Part shown: piece by piece, positions 58,050-64,000 of the stretch
Numbering within the stretch: the first letter of the stretch is position 1
Layout: each line of letters begins with the position of its first letter
Assembly: GCA_043228905.1 (NCBI GenBank)
Contig: JBHGNT010000013.1
Coordinates: forward strand, 19,034,001-19,098,000
Source: Azolla caroliniana
Lineage: Eukaryota; Plantae; Polypodiophyta
Length of the DNA stretch: 64,000 nt
Direction of reading: 5' to 3'
Program-made: the position numbers and the translations under genes
Notes under the pieces: generated by a model
Database searches by the model: none
What the model was told of the DNA's origin: nothing
Seen by the model: the letters and a program-made list of their open reading frames with translations, nothing else

Positions 58050-61000
58050 GTACCTGTCGTTGGCCTCTCAAAACCCATTCCAATTGAAGCCATCCACGGG
58101 TGCGTCCTCTCGTCAGGTGCAATTACTCAAGCTACAATCCCATTAGGGCTTCGGGTGGGCTCACACCAGGAGGAGCTCACCTTTTACCTCATCGCATCTC
58201 CTCGACATCCGATCGTCTTAGGACTAACGTGGTTGGAGGCGCACAATCCAACAGTGAATTGGTGCAACCGCTCGATCACATTTAGCAAGCCAAGATGCTC
58301 GTGCAAAAGTATGAAGGTAAATTCAGTTTCCTATCCTTCGGAGACGGTCGACTCCGAATTGACTACCCCATCATCGGTCCAGGATGGGTTTGTTTGTGGC
58401 GCCATTTCTAACACACTCCATGTTATTCTCGAAAAATACCAACACTTCTCCGACGTATTTGAAAAATGTAATGTTGATCGTTTGCCTGAACACCGACTCT
58501 ACGACTGTCCGATTGATCTTCAAAAAGGTGCGTGTCCACCCTTTGGTCATCTATATGCGTTGTCTGCACCAGAGTTGAAGGCCCTTCGTGTGTATCTCGA
58601 TGAGAACCTCGAGAAAGGATTTATTCAACCTTCTAAGTCACCAGCCGGGGCCCCCATTTTATTTGTGAAGAAGAAGGACGGCTCTCTACGCTTATGCGTC
58701 GACTACCGAGGTCTCAACAAACTCACTGTGCGCAACCGCTATCCACTACCTCTGATCCCCGAACTCCTTGATCGGCTCCGAGTTGCGCGTGTCTTCTCCA
58801 AAGTTGATCTGCGTGGAGTGTACAATCTAGTACGCATCAAGCCGGGGGATGAATGGAAAACCGCATTTCGAACACGGTATGGGCATTTCGAATACAAGGT
58901 AATGCCTTCTGGTCTTACTAACGCTCCCGCAGGTTTTCAACATATGATGAACGATATATTCCGGGAATATCTTGATCTTTTTGTTGTCATTTACCTCGAT
59001 GATATTCTCATTTTCTCACCAAACATGGAGGAGCACACTCGCCAAGTCCGATTAGTTCTTGCCAAACTTCACAAGCATGGCCTTTATGCCAAAGGCGAGA
59101 AATGCGAGTTCGACCGTACCTCAATCGAATTTCCGGGCTACATCATCTCACCCACTGGCGTTACCATGGATATGAAGAAGGTCTCTGTCATTCAGGTGTG
59201 GGCGACTCCAAGGCGACTTAAAGATGTGCAATCCTTCCTCGGCTTCGCGAATTTTTACCGTCGCTTCATCAAGGGGTTTTTCACCCTAGCACAACCTCTT
59301 ATCGCTCTCACCCATAAAGACACTCCATTTTTATGGACCTCGGAGACGCAAAATGCGTTCGACTCACTCAAATACGCATTCATCACTGCCCCGGTGCTGC
59401 TACATGCCGACCCCACAAAACCCTTCCAAGTCGAAACCGATGCCTCTGACTTTGCCATTGGCGCCATCTTATCCCAAGCAGACGACAACAACCTAATGCA
59501 CCGAGTGGCTTACTATTCCCGAGTGCTTCTATCATTGTTGCCTTTGAAGAATGGCAACCCTACTTGGCCGGCGCACAACATCGTGTCCAGGTAGTGACTG
59601 ATCATAAAAATTTAGTTTATTTTTCCACCACTCGTACTTTGAATCGAAGGCAAGCCCGCTGGTCGACATTTCTCGCCGACTACGATTTTGAGATCGTATT
59701 TCGATCTGGTGGCCAACATGGGAAGGCTGATGCCCTTTCTCGCCGAGCTGACCTTGCACTCCGCCCTGGGGATGCTACTTATGCTCAACAATCTAGAAGT
59801 TTGTTGAAACCCGACCAATTGCATCTTTTTGCCACTTGTATGTTGCAGGATGATTCTTTACTCCAACAAATCACTGATGCATCCAAGACCGATGCGTTCG
59901 CCAACGAGATTCGAGATAGTCTGCAAAACCCCTCCAAGGCGACCAAAAGGAAGGATCTTGACACCTTCACCATACAAGAGGGTTTGTTGTTCCGAGATCA
60001 TCTCTTATACGTCCCAGAGGGCCCATGTCGCACCCGGGTGTTGCGGGAATGCCACGATGACCCACTTGCAGGTCATTTCGAGGTCGCAAAAACCCTCGAG
60101 CTAATCTCTCGGGGGTATTGGTGGCCACAACCATGGAAGTTGGTCAAAGAATACATAAAGAGTTGTGAGGTTTGTGCTCGTTCCAAAGCCATTCATCATC
60201 GGCCATACGGCTTACTACAGCCGCTTCCATGTCCTCGTCGTCCTTGGGCCTCTATCTCTATGGACCTGATAACTGATCTACCCTTGGTCAATAGCTATGA
60301 CTCGGTGTTGGTCGTTGTCGATCGGTTTACGAAGATGGCTCACTTCACTCCATGCTCCAAAACCATTTCCGGAGAAGGAATGGTACATCTACTACTCAAC
60401 AATGTGGTACGCTTGCATGGACTCCCCGATGATGTCATCTCGGATCGCAGACCCTAGTTTGTCTCTCACTTCTGGCAGCGCCTGCTACAAACTTTAGGCA
60501 TCTCTGTCAAGTTTTCCTCTGCTTATCACCCCCAAACTGACGGGCAAACGGACCATGTCAACCAAATCCTTGAGCAGTATCTTCGGTGCTCGGTTAGTTA
60601 CCAACAAGATGATTGGGTCAACTTACTTTCGCTCGCGGAATTTGCCTACAATAATTCTCTCCATGCATCGACTGGCGTCACTCCCTTCTTTGCCAACTAT
60701 GGTTTACATCCTCGCTTCAACATTTCCCTTCCTACCACTTCCGTGAACCCTTCGGCGGAGGATCGCGCCCACATTTTGGAAGAACTACATCATGATTTAT
60801 CCTTGGAGCTTAGTCTTGCTAGTGAACGATACAAGAAGCAGGTTGATCGCCATCGATCTTCCAGTCCACACTTTGTCGTTGGAGACATGGTCTGGTTGTT
60901 ACGTCGACACATCTCTACTACTCGTCCATGTGCGAACTTGATTACAAGAAGTTGGAACCATTCCGTATCATCGAGTGCATCAATCCCGCGCCTTCCGGCT

Positions 61001-61336
61001 CGCCCTTCCATCCCACTTCCGGATTCACGATGTTTTTCATGTCTCCCTCCTCGAACCCCATTATGCTTCACAACTCCCAGGACGTCAGGCCCCACCACCA
61101 CCACCTATGCAATTGACGACAGGGGAGGAATACGAGGTCGACCAAATCCTTGACTCGCGTTGGCACCGTCGACACTTGCAATACCTCGTCCTATGGAGGG
61201 GTTACCACATGTCTGAGGCCATGTGGGAACCATCGGAAAATTTACAAAATGCCCCAGAAGTCGTCCAAGATTTTCATCACCGATATCCCCACAAACCAGC
61301 GGCCGATTTGGGAAGGCGACATAGGAGGGGGGATAA
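58050..61336 (+). pseudogene. Gypsy E pol (protease end, RT, RNase H, integrase, chromodomain)
   Basis: LCVDYRGLN, YLDD, ETDASDFAIG, HDDPLAGH, ISMDLI, EYEVDQILDSR..YLVLWRGY..WEP. Several frameshifts and stops. Confidence 0.93.
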
Positions 61337-62396
61337 TGTCAAGATTCGAACTCTTGACACGACCATGTTATAATCTAGTATTATGAGTTAACCAAGATAT
61401 CTAGTACATAGTTATGTATATAATTGGTCCTTATTATTTTGCTAGCATCATGTGCATAGTTGCACCCTTGTAGTATTTACACTTGGCACATGCATGCATA
61501 CCTACATGCTCTATTGTAGATTCACATGCGTGCAACAAGTATGCATGCCATGTAGTATAAATAGAGGAGTTCACCTTGAATTCCTTCAAGGTGAACAACA
61601 CCAGTTATGGAGTCTTTCCTTTAATACTATCTTCTTTCTTGTCCATTTGGTTATCTTCTTGCTTGTCTCTTGAGCTTATGATCCGTGACACTTACGTACT
61701 TAAACGCTTAGGTATTCAAGACACACACAGTGAATTAGCCATAGCTATACACAGGAAATCAGAGAAGATAGAATTCTATTATCAGGTGTTTCTTTACATT
61801 CCCAAAATTACACGCACCCCTATCAGAGGTTTTTCTGCCCTTTATATACACAGGGTCTATTTAGCCGTTCACGCTTCCTGCGTGAACCGTTACATGCGTT
61901 ATGCTCCTATATTATTTCCTATTCCTATGCTTTTGTCCGTCGGTTACTATTCCGGTGGACAACACCTGGCACGCCTGTGGGACAGTGCCCTGGCACGTCG
62001 GACCCATCCCGTTAATCCTCTTCCAAAATGGCCCGGATGTTTGGCTCTGCTGCGGTGTCCGCGTCCGTAGGTGACGTAGGGCCCGTAGGTGCATCGTGGT
62101 GTGGCTCCCCTATTTGGTGGGGCCGCTCAACACTCCCACTCAAGCTCAACTTGAGGTTGGATCCTAGTGTCAGTCTTTGTGTCAGTCGGTTCTTCCAACT
62201 GACTTCTCCTGGCGTCGCTCCGCCTTCCTCGCGCTCCTCGTCCGATCCGGTTCTATTTGCCGCGACCCCTCTTGTTCTGCGCGCCTCGACCTTCTCGGTC
62301 GGTATGTCTGCTCAATAGGCCCCTCTCAGCTCCTTTGTTGCTATGACTCCGGCGCTTATCAATCCGTCGGTTCCTCCGCGATGGCATCGACTTCCA

Positions 62397-64000
62397 CTAC
62401 ATCCGTGTCTGCTTGGCCTTGAATTGATCCGGTTCTTCTGAATCTGTCTGTTGAACCGAATCGACTGTCTCCGATTCGTTCCATCTCTTGTCCGAATCGG
62501 TTGCTCCCGATTCGTCTTCTGGTTCCAAGCCCTTCACCACATTAGACCATGTCCGAGTCTTGGCCTTCTTCCTTCGGTCGGCTCTGTCCTTCTTGACTCT
62601 GCCGCCTTCTGTTCTTCCCTCACCAGCGCAATCGGTAGTCTCTTTGCCTTTGCCCGTTCCGGTGTCTTTGCCCGTTCTCCCCCTCAAGTGTGGCACGTCG
62701 AGATGCTGAACACCAAGGATGTCGGTAAAGTGCTGCAACTTGTCCGATCCGAGCAGCTTGGTGAAGATGTCGGCAACTTGCCGATCCGTGTGAACATACC
62801 GTAGTTCAACTTCACCGCTCAGGACCCGCTCATGCACAAAGTGATAATGCACTTCTATGTGCTTCGTGCGAGCATGGAACACAGGGTTCTTGGCGAGTTG
62901 AATGCTGCTTATGTTGTCGCAGTAGACCAGAATCGGGGTCGGTACCTCGATCCATAAGTCTTGCAGTAGTCATCGAAGCCAAATGGTTTCATAGGTGGCA
63001 ATGGTAGCGCCCCAATACTCAGCCTTAGTGCTCAACAGAGCAACTGTTGGCTGCTTTTTGCTGCTCCACGCAACAGCCGCGCTACCTAGGGAAAACATAT
63101 AACCAGAGGTTGATCGGCGATTTGATGCATCGCTAGCCCAGTCGGCATCCGTGTAACCGACGAGCTCTTCGGTTATACCTCACCGGTATAACAGTCCCCG
63201 GTCCTTCGTTCCGCTTACATATTGCAGTATCCGTTGCACGCATTGAAGGTGCTCCACGGGCGGCTTCTGCATGAACTGACTTATCATCCCGACCGGATAG
63301 CTGATGTCAGGGCGTGTGATAGTCAGGTAAATAAGGCTTCTGACAATTTGTCGGAACCGTTTCTCGTTGTAGGCCGGTCCGGAGTTGGGACAGAGCTTCT
63401 GGTTCTGGTCCAATGGTGTGGAGACAGGTCGACATTCTATCATGCCGAACTTGTACAACATATTCAAGACATAATGTCGTTGTGAGAGTAATATGCCATC
63501 GGGGGTTCGGATCACCTCGATCCCAAGAAAATAATGAAGGTCCCCCAGGTCCTTCATCTCAAATGAGTCCGACAACAGGGACTTGACACAGTTGATTTCT
63601 GGAACACCCGGTCCGGTGATGACTAGATCATCAACATACAACAGTATACATACCGGACCGGCTGAGCCTTGCCAGATGAACAATGAAGAGTCCGATTTGG
63701 AGGCCACAAACCCCATCTTACGCAACCGGTGCGTGATTTTCGCATTCCAAGCTTGAGGGGCTTGCTTCAGGCCGTACAACAACTTCTTCAGTCGGCATAC
63801 CGCCGACTTGTTCATCTCCGATTGAAAACCGAGAGGCTGAGTCATAAAGACTTCTTCTTCAAGATCACCTTGAAGAAATGCATTCTTCACATCCATCTGA
63901 TGAAGATGCCACCCCCTTGCCGCAGCAACCGCCAGCACCACACGGACCGTCGTCATCTTCGCTACCGAAGCGAAGGTCTCGTCGTAGTCGATTCTATGGG
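62397..64000 (-). pseudogene. Copia G RT and RNase H
   Basis: QMDVKNAFL, LLYVDD, TRPDI, FHARTKHIEVHYHF..ADIFTK. Contains internal stops. Confidence 0.92.

Larger units (their letters stand above)
51226..61690 (+). mobile_element. Ty3/gypsy chromovirus E (Tcn1/Tf1-like), decayed, containing nested Copia F
   Basis: LTRs at 51226-51578 and 61337-61690, CTTAC TSD, PPT AGGAGGGGGGA. gag-PR-RT-RH-INT-chromodomain order. Confidence 0.95.
51004..64000 (-). mobile_element. Ty1/copia G (runs off the window); its 3' LTR (51004-51225 + 61696-62132) is split by Gypsy E
   Basis: RT and RNase H at 62397-64000. PPT CTTGAGTGGGAG followed by TGTTGAG at 62132. Probable LTR end GTTTACA at 51004 where LINE sequence resumes (left boundary inferred). 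Confidence 0.8.

Overview
Land-plant nuclear DNA, most likely a seed-free plant such as a fern or lycophyte. That is an inference from the Tcn1-type chromovirus, the RTE-X LINEs and the fungus-like Ty3/gypsy. There is one clear host gene, a DAZ1/DAZ2-type C2H2 zinc-finger repressor with an uninterrupted ORF (minus strand, 3539-5923). The rest, from about 9.9 kb on, is nested transposons. It holds five Ty1/copia elements, two of them young with near-identical LTRs and intact or almost intact polyproteins (24172-29593 and 52696-58044). It also holds two Ty3/gypsy elements, three solo LTRs, several L1 fragments, two (TC)n-tailed RTE-X LINE copies and a hAT relic. The strongest signals are in retroelement cis-elements. 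(1) A tRNA-independent, Tf1-like 11-nt self-priming site in the chromovirus, with a hairpin whose loop is inverted between its LTRs. (2) Candidate -1 ribosomal frameshift cassettes in both gypsy elements, one placed unusually after the protease in a tRNA-Trp-primed element. (3) A CCGG-rich intact Copia whose LTR carries a 5x28-bp MYB-site array with different variant order in the two LTRs. (4) LINEs with (TC)n tails, one sitting inside a (CT)n tract. All analysis was by eye. No database searches were run and I do not claim a wholly new system.
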